Part shown: piece by piece, positions 31,546-42,021 of the stretch
Position numbering within the stretch: the stretch's first letter is position 1
How the letters are laid out: every line of letters starts with the position of its first letter
Source: a virus
Lineage: Duplodnaviria; Heunggongvirae; Uroviricota; Caudoviricetes
DNA length: 64,000 nucleotides
Virus record (IMG/VR): IMGVR_UViG_3300042471_001635
Direction: 5' to 3' (one strand)
Notes under the pieces: generated by a model
What the model saw: the letters and a program-made list of their open reading frames with translations, nothing else
Databases searched by the model: none
Told to the model about the DNA's origin: nothing
Program-made: the position numbers and the translations under genes

Positions 31546-32167
31546 TCGACTTACGGTAAAGAACTTTCTTATCAAATCCCTTTTCTGATAGTAAATTCAA
31601 CAAATATTTTTTTTGAGCAGTTGAATTGTCTTTTACAACCAAACAATCCTTTTTGTTATTTTTTTGGAAGTGAATAGTGAGACAGTCCAAAAATCTATGG
31701 ACTTCGCTCTCGTTTTTCAAACTGAAAAGTTTACTGTCATCATCATTTTGTACAACAACTTTATTATTCAAAGACGAAATCATTTTGAGTCCTGAACCTC
31801 TTAAATTTTTCTGAATGAATTCTTGAGTGGTTATTTTTTTGTTTTGACCAATGTCGAAAATTTTTTCTTCTTTTCTATATAAAGAAATTTCTGAAATGGT
31901 TTTTCCCGAGTTTTCTAATTTAACCTTTTTACTTCTACCCATTTCATCCGTTAAATAAACAGGAATAAGTTTACTATGGGAGTTCTCAACAATTGCAATC
32001 TCATATTTGCAACTTTTACCATTTTCTATAATAACTTCGAATATAACATCATTGGTTTCTTTTAGAACACTATCATAAAAGTTCTTTGCATTTTTAAAAG
32101 TAACAAATTCCTTTAGAATTTTTTTTGATGTTTTATCCTTGAATAAGACTACGGAATAATTTACCAT
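31529..32167 (-). CDS. Hypothetical protein
   Basis: 212 aa; start codon 1 nt from the divergent dnaJ-like start. Confidence 0.5.
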   Translation of the reverse strand: MVNYSVVLFKDKTSKKILKEFVTFKNAKNFYDSVLKETNDVIFEVIIENGKSCKYEIAIVENSHSKLIPVYLTDEMGRSKKVKLENSGKTISEISLYRKEEKIFDIGQNKKITTQEFIQKNLRGSGLKMISSLNNKVVVQNDDDSKLFSLKNESEVHRFLDCLTIHFQKNNKKDCLVVKDNSTAQKKYLLNLLSEKGFDKKVLYRKSTTHPR

Positions 32168-32168
32168 A

Positions 32169-33086
32169 ATGAAAGATTACTATAAAATATTAGAAGTTGA
32201 AGAGAATGCGACTGATGACGAAATCAAAAAAAGTTTTAGAAATCTGTCCAAAAGATATCATCCCGATTTAAATCCCGAAGGGGCTGAAAAATTTAAAGAA
32301 ATTAATGAGGCTTATGAGGTTCTTGGGGACCAACAAAAAAGGTCAAACTACAACAACCAAAAAAACAATCCCTATGGTGGTACACCTTTCGAAGCAATTT
32401 TTTCTCAAATGTTTGGAAACAGAGGTCCCAACCAACCAAGAAGAAAGCAAGCACCCGATAAGATTGTAAAAGTCAGTGTTTCACCAATTGAGTCATATCG
32501 AGGCTCTCAAAAAAATATAATGTATTTCAGAGACACTCATTGTGCTACTTGTAACGGTACAGGGGGTGACCAAAGAATTTGTAATACTTGTGAGGGAAGT
32601 GGTTTTATAATAAAAACTTTTGGAACAGGTTTTATGGTTCAACAAATAAGAACCGCATGTCCTTCTTGTCAGGGAAAGGGATATAATTTAATTTCAAGGT
32701 GTTATGACTGTCAAGGAAGAGGAACAAAATCATCCAAAAATGAAATTTCAATAAATCTACCTGTTGGGGTTGATAATGGTCAGTTTGTTAAAATTCCTAA
32801 CGTGGGAGATTTCAAAAGTGGAGACTATGGAGATTTGATTTTACAAATTGAACTTGAACCAAAAGATGGTTTCGAAAAGATTAATAGTGATTTGGTTTAC
32901 ACTTTATATTTGGATTTGAATGGGATAAATTCCGACAAATATAAAATCCCTCATCCCGACGGGGAACTTCAAATTCCGGCACCCAAATCCTTTGATACCT
33001 CCAAACCACTCAGACTGAGAGGTAAGGGATATAGTGGAGGGGATATGTATGTTAAATTACAAGTAAAGTTTGAAAGAACTAATTAA
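32169..33086 (+). CDS. DnaJ-like co-chaperone (J domain + CR-type zinc finger)
   Basis: J domain DYYKILEV...RYHPDLNP (HPD motif); four CxxCxGxG repeats (CATCNGTG, CNTCEGSG, CPSCQGKG, CYDCQGRG). Confidence 0.75.
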   Translation: MKDYYKILEVEENATDDEIKKSFRNLSKRYHPDLNPEGAEKFKEINEAYEVLGDQQKRSNYNNQKNNPYGGTPFEAIFSQMFGNRGPNQPRRKQAPDKIVKVSVSPIESYRGSQKNIMYFRDTHCATCNGTGGDQRICNTCEGSGFIIKTFGTGFMVQQIRTACPSCQGKGYNLISRCYDCQGRGTKSSKNEISINLPVGVDNGQFVKIPNVGDFKSGDYGDLILQIELEPKDGFEKINSDLVYTLYLDLNGINSDKYKIPHPDGELQIPAPKSFDTSKPLRLRGKGYSGGDMYVKLQVKFERTN

Positions 33087-33238
33087 AAAAATCTATCAAA
33101 AGTTTTACAATATAGTATATTCCGAAAACAGAGAGGGAAAATAAAAGCATTCCTGAAAATAAAATTCTGTTTTTAATGGTCGACATTTTTAATTTCTTAC
33201 AACTATTGCATCCTTTTTTTTCCATGATATTTATAAAT

Positions 33239-33412
33239 ATGATTTCTGAACAATTAATAAGAAGAGTAATTCATCAATTCGTGGAAGAAAAGGAAAAAAA
33301 ATTTAAGAAACCAAGAAAGTATAGTAAATCCTATTGTAAATCCACAGCATGTTCTGAAATGGGTTTTACACAAAAAGCTTCTTGTAGACCCTACAAAAAT
33401 TGTTACAAATAG
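33239..33412 (+). CDS. Small Cys-rich basic protein
   Basis: ATG immediately after a GATATTTATAAAT motif; alternative longer start at 33176. Confidence 0.3.
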   Translation: MISEQLIRRVIHQFVEEKEKKFKKPRKYSKSYCKSTACSEMGFTQKASCRPYKNCYK

Positions 33413-33449
33413 ATTTGCTTTTTGAGTTTTTTTGTGTTATATTTTATTC

Positions 33450-34289
33450 ATGTTAAGTTATATTGGTGGTAAATCCAAAATAGGTAAGTGGATTGTACCT
33501 TATTATCTTGAAGACATGGAAACATATGTCGAAACATTTGGAGGTATGTTTTGGTGTTACTTCAACATGGACCTATCAAAATTCGAAAATCTAAAAAGAG
33601 TTGTTTACAATGATTTCAACCCTTTGAATTACAATTTATTTAGATGTGTTCAAAACCCTTCTAAATTACAAAGACACTTAGATAATATACCTGTGCAAGA
33701 ATTCGGTGTTTCACCTACCGACCAAATTTATAAGATTAGATTTCAGGAGTTTCAAACAGAACTATTTTCGTCTGGTCTCACGATAAATTATCCTGATTAT
33801 ACGATTGCTGCAAAGTATGTTTATGTTGTGACACAAGTCTTCAGTGGTAGTAAACCTGAAAGTTCAAGTTTTATTGATTTGAAGGGGAAATACCGTTCTA
33901 AATATTTGGCTTTCAGAGACAAACTTTCCAATCCAAAATGGGTTGACCATTTCAGTAAAATTACTCACGTTGAAAATCTTGATTTCCAGCAGGTAATTGA
34001 AAAATACGACTCCCCTTCAACTTACATTTATTTAGACCCTCCCTATTGGAAAACCGAAAATTATTATTCTAATCACGATTTCGATAGAAATGACCATGAA
34101 AGACTCGCTCAAAATTTGAGGTGTATACAAGGAAAATTTTCTCTATCATATTATGATTTCCCTTTATTACACGACTGGTTTCCTGAAGATAGATTTAGAT
34201 GGGAAAAAAAACAATTTGCAAAAGCGGCTTCGGCAAAAAAAGGTGTAAAACAAAATTTAGGGGAAGAGCTTTTGATATTAAATTATTAG
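33450..34289 (+). CDS. dam: DNA N6-adenine methyltransferase (Dam-like, D12 class)
   Basis: MLSYIGGKSK (Y.GGK) and YIYLDPPYW (DPPY) motifs; ORF track starts at an upstream TTG. Confidence 0.7.
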   Translation: MLSYIGGKSKIGKWIVPYYLEDMETYVETFGGMFWCYFNMDLSKFENLKRVVYNDFNPLNYNLFRCVQNPSKLQRHLDNIPVQEFGVSPTDQIYKIRFQEFQTELFSSGLTINYPDYTIAAKYVYVVTQVFSGSKPESSSFIDLKGKYRSKYLAFRDKLSNPKWVDHFSKITHVENLDFQQVIEKYDSPSTYIYLDPPYWKTENYYSNHDFDRNDHERLAQNLRCIQGKFSLSYYDFPLLHDWFPEDRFRWEKKQFAKAASAKKGVKQNLGEELLILNY

Positions 34290-34323
34290 TTATTTTTGTT
34301 GTTCCATTATATTTATTATTAAA

Positions 34324-35655
34324 TTGTTTTCAATGAAATTCACATCGTTGTTGAAAAAACTTATTGTTGAGGCATCCGCTTATGAAATAAAGCTGGCCCA
34401 AAACACAAAATCTGGTCCTGCGAAAGATGGTAAAAAGAAAAAACCAAAGATGAGTAAAGAGGTTTTTGACCTCCTTGTTCAAGCTGACCCAACAACTCGT
34501 CTTAACGATGTTGATTTACAAACAAAGGATGAAAAAGAACTTGGTAAAGTAAAAGCGGGTAAATATGTAGATTGGATTATTCAATCTTATTTGAAAGTTC
34601 CAACAGAGGTACAACCCGACCATCCCAATTATGAGAAAGAGTTGAAAGTAATGAGAGAAAGGTTTTTGGAAGACCTTTATAAGGTTACTGATGACTTGAA
34701 GAAATTTGATAGATTTAAAGGAAGATTACCATTAGAACAAAGACAAATACAAAAACTTACTCCTGAACAATTATATCATGCGGTCAAGGATTTTGACCTT
34801 ACAATGGTCACAACATCTAAAGCAGAAAGAAAATCTGCACCTGTTCATCCTGGTGGTAAACTTATCTTTGATTCTCCTAACTTACGAGTAATCGAGATAA
34901 CAGACAAAGGACCCACGGGTAAGGAAGCGGCTTGTTTTTATGGTGGAAACAATAAGGAAACTAGATGGTGTACATCTGCACCTGGTTTGAGCCACTTTGA
35001 TTACTATATTGGTAAGGGGCCTTTATACGTTATATTCGACCCTAGTGACCCTAATGTGGCACCAACCACAGGGTTACCTGTTGAGAGATATCAGCTTAAC
35101 TTTGAGACTGATTCTTACATGGACAGACATGACTCAAGAATAGATATTATTGAGAAACTCAACGGACCTTGGAAAGAATTGAAACCATTATTCAAATCTA
35201 AGTTTGCGAAAGGACTTACTGAAGCTGGTGGAACAACACTCAGAATTAATGGATTTAGCAGTGGTAACGTTGGAAAATTTGTTGCCCTTTATGGTCTTGA
35301 AGAACTTATCAATTCACAACCTGATACTTTAGAGGAGTTACAAATCAGAAATAACGAAAAAAATGGAATGACAATTGAAATTCCAAGTTCAATTAAAAGG
35401 TTTAAAAATCTTCAATTGATTTTATTTGATAATTGTGTTGAAACTATACCTGACGCCATTTGTGAATTGGATAATTTAAATTTCCTTTCATTGATGAACA
35501 ACCCTAAATTGAAAACAGTTCCTGAGTGTATTGCGGATATGCCGAATTTGATGTTCCTTAATACAAAAGGGAGTGAAAACCTTGTAGTTCCTGAAAAAAT
35601 TAGGGACAGGGCTAAATCAAAATTGGGTAATTACATGTATGATTTTCAACCTTAA
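34324..35655 (+). CDS. Hypothetical protein with C-x-Y-G...W-C-T-S domain and C-terminal leucine-rich repeats
   Basis: 443 aa; AACFYGGNNKETRWCTSAPG; LRR-like ...NLQLILFDNCVETIPDAICELDNLNFLSLMNNPKLKTVPE. Confidence 0.55.
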   Translation: MFSMKFTSLLKKLIVEASAYEIKLAQNTKSGPAKDGKKKKPKMSKEVFDLLVQADPTTRLNDVDLQTKDEKELGKVKAGKYVDWIIQSYLKVPTEVQPDHPNYEKELKVMRERFLEDLYKVTDDLKKFDRFKGRLPLEQRQIQKLTPEQLYHAVKDFDLTMVTTSKAERKSAPVHPGGKLIFDSPNLRVIEITDKGPTGKEAACFYGGNNKETRWCTSAPGLSHFDYYIGKGPLYVIFDPSDPNVAPTTGLPVERYQLNFETDSYMDRHDSRIDIIEKLNGPWKELKPLFKSKFAKGLTEAGGTTLRINGFSSGNVGKFVALYGLEELINSQPDTLEELQIRNNEKNGMTIEIPSSIKRFKNLQLILFDNCVETIPDAICELDNLNFLSLMNNPKLKTVPECIADMPNLMFLNTKGSENLVVPEKIRDRAKSKLGNYMYDFQP

Positions 35656-35665
35656 AATTTAATTT

Positions 35666-35947
35666 ATGAATGTTGATTTAGAAATTTATATCAACAATCT
35701 CACAAAATTTTTTAAGAAAAACCCTAAGGAGTTAATGTCTTTGGTTCCCAAAGAAAAAGAAAAAGAATTATTAAGTCGTATTAGACAACGTGCCGCTCGA
35801 AATATCGAAGAGGGCCTCAATCTTGTTTTAACACAAAAACAAATAATAGAAATTTGTGTTGATATAAATCAAGATAGGCCTAAAGAACTTGATATTGAAT
35901 CCAAAATTTTTCAAAACACACCTTTTGGTACTATCTGTTTGAATTGA
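35666..35947 (+). CDS. Hypothetical protein
   Basis: 93 aa. Confidence 0.4.
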   Translation: MNVDLEIYINNLTKFFKKNPKELMSLVPKEKEKELLSRIRQRAARNIEEGLNLVLTQKQIIEICVDINQDRPKELDIESKIFQNTPFGTICLN

Positions 35948-35980
35948 GGTTATTTTTCATTTTTTTCTTATATTTGTGGT

Positions 35981-37606
35981 ATGAAAGAGACTATTCTTAA
36001 AAAAGAAGTCAAAGTTTATCGTACAGAAAAAATGTTTGACAAAACTGAACTTAATTCAGGGATGAGTGGCAATTCATTTTCAAAAAAACACCCTTATTTT
36101 CAGATTGAAACTATTTTTACAGACGAACAGAGCTTTGTCGAAAATTTCGCCAATTCATTGTGTAATGTATTTTTAGATTACCGAATGGTCGTGATAGAAA
36201 AGGATGCAGATAAAATTTCAATTAAACTTTTCCAAGGTTACAAAGCAAGAAGGGCGGGGGTTGTTTGGTTCAAAAAATCAAAAAATTGTGATTTTATATC
36301 TGTTAATTTGAAAACAGGAAATGTCTACAATGGGTGCATTCAAAATTATCACTTGAAAAAAAAGGTGATTAAAAAAATAAGTTGTAATACTTTTATAAGT
36401 CAAGTCGTAGAAAATTTCCAAATAAAATTGAAAAATTCTTTAACTCCGAACCCAGATTTTTATTTACAACCTTTGGAAGATTTCATCAATTTAATTGATG
36501 TGAGAAATGATTTTAAGTTATCTCTCGGTCAAAGATTACTCAAATTTCATTTGGATAAAAAAGGTGTAAAGTACCCGAATAATTTTTATTTATTCAACGA
36601 GTATACTTTTGGTAAGGAATACAGAAAAATTCTTAAAAAGAATGACAATAAATTAATAGATTCTGTTATGGAATTATTGAAAATAAAGGGAAATAAATTA
36701 AAAAAAACTTTACATCAAACAACACAAAAAATTAATCTCAACAATTACTTGACCGTAAAATCTTTGTTTGGAGAGGATTGGTTGAACCAAGATGAAAATA
36801 TAATATATCTACTAATCAATTCACAGAACAGTATAATGTCTGCGGATTTGTATAATACATATTTTTATTTGAATGCTACCAAAAAAGAAAAAAGAAACGC
36901 ATTCGACCTATTAAAAGATTCTTTGATAAATTTTTCAACTGATGTATATTCACTTTCCGACCACTTCAGATTTTGGGTTGAGCTGAAAAGATACGGTGAT
37001 ACAGAGATAGTTTGGAAGTCCGATGGAAAAAATGAAAAATTCTTCAGGGAAGAACACTTAGATTGGGCTGACAAATTGGAACACTACAAAAGAGGACACT
37101 ACGAGAGGATTTATCCCGATATATTCAATGAAACTATTAAGACCATTGAATATGAAGGTGTAAAATATTTTCCTGTAGTTCTAATGAATTCAACGGATTA
37201 TAATAATGAAAGTGCGATGCAATCGAATTGTGTAAAGGGGTACATAGGTAGATGTTCTTCCTTGATAATCTCTCTCAGGAAAGGAAATGAAGATTCAGAG
37301 GACAGACTGACAGTCGAATATTCTGTAAGTAAATTACCCGATGTAAAATGGGTTGTTATAAAAAGAATTCAAACTCGTGCTAGATATAATTCCGAACCAT
37401 CTTCGGAATGGAACCAACCCTTACATTCTTTGGATTGTATGATGAATGAGATTGCACTTAGTCCAAAATTTGAACCTCACAAATTGATAAAGATTTGCTC
37501 AAACGGTGTTCAAATGGAATCAGATTCTCATTTTGACGAAAAAGGTTATTTAAAATGGTCTTATACTCCTATTGACCAATACGGATTTGACCCTTATTTT
37601 ATCTGA
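35981..37606 (+). CDS. Hypothetical protein (possible PcfJ-like C-terminal domain)
   Basis: 541 aa; ...ESAMQSNCVKGYIGRCSSLIISLRKG...; TAtaTTTG 4 nt upstream of the ATG. Confidence 0.5.
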   Translation: MKETILKKEVKVYRTEKMFDKTELNSGMSGNSFSKKHPYFQIETIFTDEQSFVENFANSLCNVFLDYRMVVIEKDADKISIKLFQGYKARRAGVVWFKKSKNCDFISVNLKTGNVYNGCIQNYHLKKKVIKKISCNTFISQVVENFQIKLKNSLTPNPDFYLQPLEDFINLIDVRNDFKLSLGQRLLKFHLDKKGVKYPNNFYLFNEYTFGKEYRKILKKNDNKLIDSVMELLKIKGNKLKKTLHQTTQKINLNNYLTVKSLFGEDWLNQDENIIYLLINSQNSIMSADLYNTYFYLNATKKEKRNAFDLLKDSLINFSTDVYSLSDHFRFWVELKRYGDTEIVWKSDGKNEKFFREEHLDWADKLEHYKRGHYERIYPDIFNETIKTIEYEGVKYFPVVLMNSTDYNNESAMQSNCVKGYIGRCSSLIISLRKGNEDSEDRLTVEYSVSKLPDVKWVVIKRIQTRARYNSEPSSEWNQPLHSLDCMMNEIALSPKFEPHKLIKICSNGVQMESDSHFDEKGYLKWSYTPIDQYGFDPYFI

Positions 37607-37942
37607 GTGAAAAAACCTGAATTCATACAAAAAATCGAAGGTGAAAGAAAAACTTTTTCATCGTATGTTCTAAAAGATATGAAAATAACTTTTCCTAAGA
37701 ACTTACAAGAAAAAAAATATTTTCCTGTCTATTCTGAAAGGATACATGAACAAGACGGTAAAACAGTACTTTTACGTTATATACTCAAATCTGCTCAGGG
37801 ATTTTATCTATGTTTTGATAAATCCGTAGAAAACAATTCATATCAAATTACTATTTATTTTGAGGAGTCACAGGACACGGAATTACAATTTTTCATTAAA
37901 AATTTTCTTAAAACATTTAAAAATGATACAACTGACAACTGA
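37607..37942 (+). CDS. Hypothetical protein (GTG start)
   Basis: 111 aa. Confidence 0.4.
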   Translation: MKKPEFIQKIEGERKTFSSYVLKDMKITFPKNLQEKKYFPVYSERIHEQDGKTVLLRYILKSAQGFYLCFDKSVENNSYQITIYFEESQDTELQFFIKNFLKTFKNDTTDN

Positions 37943-38246
37943 AGAACTAAAACAAAAAATTAACAATGGTGAAAACTTCGTCTTGGATTTATATGCAACA
38001 TGGTGTGGTCCTTGCAAAGTGATGTTAAGAAACTTGGAACAAGTGAATGAATCCTTGATAAAAGAATCAACAAATCAACCAAAATATAAAATTTATAAGT
38101 ACGATATCGACACTGACAAAGAGTTTGTCGTATCTGAACTTGGAATTAGAAGTGTCCCAACGATAAAAATCTTCAAGGAGGGAAAAGAAGTTTTTTCAAG
38201 ACCTGGCGTAATGATGCCAACTGAACTACTCACTTTATTAAATTAA
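37923..38246 (+). CDS. Thioredoxin
   Basis: 107 aa from the internal ATG; WCGPCK active site. Confidence 0.75.
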   Translation: MIQLTTEELKQKINNGENFVLDLYATWCGPCKVMLRNLEQVNESLIKESTNQPKYKIYKYDIDTDKEFVVSELGIRSVPTIKIFKEGKEVFSRPGVMMPTELLTLLN

Positions 38247-38251
38247 TTTGT

Positions 38252-38536
38252 ATGAAAAAAGTTAATGTCATTGTCTATACCATGAAAGGGTGTCCTTTTT
38301 GTCAGGACTTCAAAAAATTATTGGAAGATGAAAATATTGATTTCGTGGACAGGGACATTCACGAACACGAACAAGAATACGATACATACTCCAAAATTAC
38401 TGGTAATGATATGATTCCCGCACTTCTTATAATTGAAGGGGATGAGAAAAATCATAAGTCCTATCTTTACGCGCCAGAAAAAAACTATAATGAGTTGACC
38501 GAGGCTTTGGAATTAGTGAAAAAACACTTAGTTTAA
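38252..38536 (+). CDS. Glutaredoxin/NrdH-like redoxin
   Basis: 94 aa; N-terminal VIVYTMKGCPFCQ. Confidence 0.6.
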   Translation: MKKVNVIVYTMKGCPFCQDFKKLLEDENIDFVDRDIHEHEQEYDTYSKITGNDMIPALLIIEGDEKNHKSYLYAPEKNYNELTEALELVKKHLV

Positions 38537-39228
38537 AAAAGGATTAAATCTTTGTTAAGTTCTTTTACAAAATCAAATTCTTTTTCTTTGTCAATTATTG
38601 GTTCCCACCAATCGGAGTTAATAATTTTTTTCTCGAAAATTCCATAGTTGAAAGTAAAACAATCCAATATTGAAGATTTCAGTTCTTCATTTGGTTCATC
38701 ACAATTGTCCAAATACAACTTCAAATTTTCTTCATTATTTTTATAACTAATTTCAATTACTAATCTGTCCCAAGTATATTTCGATTGGAGATTATATGCA
38801 ATGTGTTTTGCATAATAAAAAAGATTTTTTCCCATTTTGAATGAGTGACCAAACGGAAACTCCGATTTGAAGGTCAAAGATGTGTTTGGGATATTGCACT
38901 TGTTGGATGACAAATCAATCGTATTGAAAAATTCGAAAGTCATTTTTTCTTTTGACTCCAATTCGGAGCCATACTCAATTAAATCAATTGTGTTTCCAAT
39001 TTTAAATTTTTCGGAAACATTGGAAAACTTTTCATGAAATTCCTCTTTTATTTTGTTCAAATCCAAAACCTCCTTACTAGAAGTTTCACCTTTGACAACA
39101 AAAAAATTTTCACAATCTACCACTTCAATCACCGTTTCAGAAGTAATATTAATTTTGTTTAAAATAAATTCAGAGAATAAGTTTACCACAGATAATTTTA
39201 TCTGTTGATTCTGTCTTTCATTATTCAT
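38533..39228 (-). CDS. Hypothetical protein
   Basis: 231 aa minus-strand ORF convergent with the redoxin genes. Confidence 0.5.
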   Translation of the reverse strand: MNNERQNQQIKLSVVNLFSEFILNKINITSETVIEVVDCENFFVVKGETSSKEVLDLNKIKEEFHEKFSNVSEKFKIGNTIDLIEYGSELESKEKMTFEFFNTIDLSSNKCNIPNTSLTFKSEFPFGHSFKMGKNLFYYAKHIAYNLQSKYTWDRLVIEISYKNNEENLKLYLDNCDEPNEELKSSILDCFTFNYGIFEKKIINSDWWEPIIDKEKEFDFVKELNKDLILF

Positions 39229-39333
39229 TTAGTTATATTTATTAATTGAGATTTTTTATGTCTCGGAATTATATTCAAAAATAATGACAAGATAAATCTA
39301 ATTTAAAATATTTATTCAAGTATACACAAATAG

Positions 39334-42021
39334 ATGGGTGAAAACATTTTTATAAGACCGAGTAATAGTATTTCAAGAACAGTTGATAGAATCCCTTTTA
39401 TTGATTTTATTAACGAGGCTTCTGATGCACCACTTAGAATGAGGATTTATGACCAACTCCCAAATGGTGCTTTTAAACAAATTATCAATTTTTCCAGTAG
39501 TACAACTCCAAATGTACTGACCATAAACTCATCTGCCCAAAAATTAGAAATCTATTCCGTAAATGTTATAAATAACTTAACTATTGGTTCAACTCAAGTT
39601 ATTAATGCAACAGCGGATTGGATAGGACCAACAACAGGAATAGTCGGTACACAAGGAGCAACGGGAAACAAAGGAGCTCAAGGTACTCAAGGAGCTCAAG
39701 GTAATACAGGTGCTCAAGGTTCAGTTGGTGCAAACGGCGCACAAGGTGGACAGGGAGCACAAGGTAGCATTGGACCACAAGGTTCACAAGGAACTCAAGG
39801 AGCTCAGGGTAATACTGGTGCTCAGGGCAACGTAGGACCTCAAGGAGCTCAAGGTACCAAAGGACCTTTCGGAGATACAGGTGCACAGGGAGCCGTTGGA
39901 CCACAAGGTGCACAAGGACCAACTGGAGCTCAAGGAAATACAGGAGCTCAAGGACACACTGGAGCACAGGGTGCGGTTGGACCTGTTGGTGCACAAGGAA
40001 GTACTGGTGCTCAGGGAAATGTTGGTCCACAAGGTGCCACAGGTCCTACAGGAGCTCAAGGAAACACAGGTGCTCAAGGAAACACAGGAGCCCAGGGTGC
40101 CACGGGTCTTACAGGAGCTCAAGGAAACACAGGTGCTCAAGGAAACACAGGAGCCCAGGGTGCCACGGGTCCTACAGGAGCTCAAGGAAATACAGGTGCT
40201 CAAGGACTTACTGGAGCACAGGGAGCAACAGGTCCAACTGGTGCTCAAGGTCCAACCGGAGCTCAGGGTAATACTGGTGCACAAGGAGCCATAGGTACAA
40301 CAGGACCACAAGGGGATACAGGTGCACAAGGGGCCGTGGGTCCACAAGGAGCAACAGGAGATATCGGTGCGCAAGGAGCCACAGGAGCACAGGGTAATTT
40401 GGGACCACAAGGGGCTCAGGGAATTCAAGGTACTCAGGGAAAAGTTGGTGCTCAAGGAGCGGTTGGACCACAAGGTGCAACAGGACCAACAGGACCACAA
40501 GGTGCACAAGGTGGAACCGGACATCCGGGTGCGCAAGGAGCCATAGGTCCAACAGGTCCACAAGGTGCGCAAGGAGGTACAGGACATCCTGGTGCTCAAG
40601 GTGCGTTGGGTCCAACAGGTCCACAAGGTGCACAAGGAGGGACAGGACATCCTGGTGCTCAAGGTGCTATCGGACCCGCCGGACCTACAGGATTTCAAGG
40701 AGCTACAGGACATCCTGGTGCTCAAGGTGCCACCGGACCAACAGGACCAACAGGTGCACAAGGTGCTACAGGACATCCGGGAGCTCAAGGTGCAAAAGGT
40801 TCTATTGGACCACAGGGTGCTGGAGGTGCGACTGGAGCTCTTGGTCCAGCAGGTAACACAGGTCCAATTGGACCAACTGGTCCTCAAGGTGCAACTGGAC
40901 CCATCGGGGCTACTGGTAACACAGGACCAGGGGGACCTACAGGACCTCAAGGTGCACCGGGAGCCACAGGAGCTGGTGGTAACACTGGTCCTCAAGGACC
41001 AACCGGTCCACAAGGAGCACCAGGTACCAAAGGTGCGAACGGAGCTACGGGTCCCCAAGGCCCTACAGGTCCACAAGGAGCTACAGGAGCAACGGGTGCT
41101 ACTGGTGCAACTGGTCCTACTGGGCCAACTGGACCGACAGGACCGCAAGGTGCTCAAGGGGCAGCAGGAGCTAAAGGACCACAAGGTCCAACAGGAGCAC
41201 AAGGTGCAACTGGTACAGCCGGTCCCCTTGGACCACAGGGTGGACAAGGTGCACAAGGTCCTACAGGACCTCAGGGTCCTGCTGGCGGAACTGGACCTAC
41301 TGGTCCTACAGGTGCTCAAGGTGCTCAGGGAGCTACGGGTGTGACTGGTCCTACGGGACCAACAGGTCCAACAGGTGCAACGGGCTCTCAGGGAGCTCAA
41401 GGTGCAACGGGACCTGGAAGTGTAACATGTTATTCAGCTTACATCATAGCAAGAGGTGGAAGAGGTGGTAGCTGTGCGAATGTTTGTTCTACAACTTTTA
41501 CTGTAGGTCCAGTCTACACGCAAAACGCAATTTATACACCATCATCGAATAAATACTTTAGTAACACAAACTGTCAAAATTCTACTTGTGATTGGGGTGG
41601 CTTATACTCTCACGAAAATTTTAATTCTGATTGCTACACATTGAATGCGACCTGTGGTAATGGTACCTTCGATTCTGTTTGCGCCTATTCAGATGTCAAT
41701 CTCAAACAAAGTATAGAGACTTTAGAAGGGGTCATGGAAAAAATCTTGGAAATAGAAACAGTTGAGTATGATTGGAATGAAAACATTGGTAAAGAAAAAT
41801 ATGACATATTTGAAAAAAATAAAAAACTTCACCAAATAGGTCTAATTGCCCAAAACGTAAGGTTACATTTCCCACAGGTAGTGAAAATGGGCTCTGACGG
41901 ATATTATTTTATTGATTATACAAAATTAAATGCTGTAATAGTAGAGGGAATTAAAGAACAACAATTATTTATAGAAGATATTGATAATAAACTTGAAGAA
42001 TTAGAAAAAAGATTTAGCTGA
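39334..42021 (+). CDS. Collagen-like (G-X-Y) tail-fibre protein with C-terminal peptidase-S74 intramolecular chaperone domain
   Basis: 895 aa; ~600 aa of GAQGxTGxQ triplets; C-terminus [29 protein letters not shown]...GLIAQNV... Confidence 0.8.
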   Translation: MGENIFIRPSNSISRTVDRIPFIDFINEASDAPLRMRIYDQLPNGAFKQIINFSSSTTPNVLTINSSAQKLEIYSVNVINNLTIGSTQVINATADWIGPTTGIVGTQGATGNKGAQGTQGAQGNTGAQGSVGANGAQGGQGAQGSIGPQGSQGTQGAQGNTGAQGNVGPQGAQGTKGPFGDTGAQGAVGPQGAQGPTGAQGNTGAQGHTGAQGAVGPVGAQGSTGAQGNVGPQGATGPTGAQGNTGAQGNTGAQGATGLTGAQGNTGAQGNTGAQGATGPTGAQGNTGAQGLTGAQGATGPTGAQGPTGAQGNTGAQGAIGTTGPQGDTGAQGAVGPQGATGDIGAQGATGAQGNLGPQGAQGIQGTQGKVGAQGAVGPQGATGPTGPQGAQGGTGHPGAQGAIGPTGPQGAQGGTGHPGAQGALGPTGPQGAQGGTGHPGAQGAIGPAGPTGFQGATGHPGAQGATGPTGPTGAQGATGHPGAQGAKGSIGPQGAGGATGALGPAGNTGPIGPTGPQGATGPIGATGNTGPGGPTGPQGAPGATGAGGNTGPQGPTGPQGAPGTKGANGATGPQGPTGPQGATGATGATGATGPTGPTGPTGPQGAQGAAGAKGPQGPTGAQGATGTAGPLGPQGGQGAQGPTGPQGPAGGTGPTGPTGAQGAQGATGVTGPTGPTGPTGATGSQGAQGATGPGSVTCYSAYIIARGGRGGSCANVCSTTFTVGPVYTQNAIYTPSSNKYFSNTNCQNSTCDWGGLYSHENFNSDCYTLNATCGNGTFDSVCAYSDVNLKQSIETLEGVMEKILEIETVEYDWNENIGKEKYDIFEKNKKLHQIGLIAQNVRLHFPQVVKMGSDGYYFIDYTKLNAVIVEGIKEQQLFIEDIDNKLEELEKRFS
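40489..40800 (+). repeat. Tandem ~63-nt repeat (4-5 copies) inside collagen gene 1
   Basis: Encodes [21 protein letters not shown] reiterated. Confidence 0.6.
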
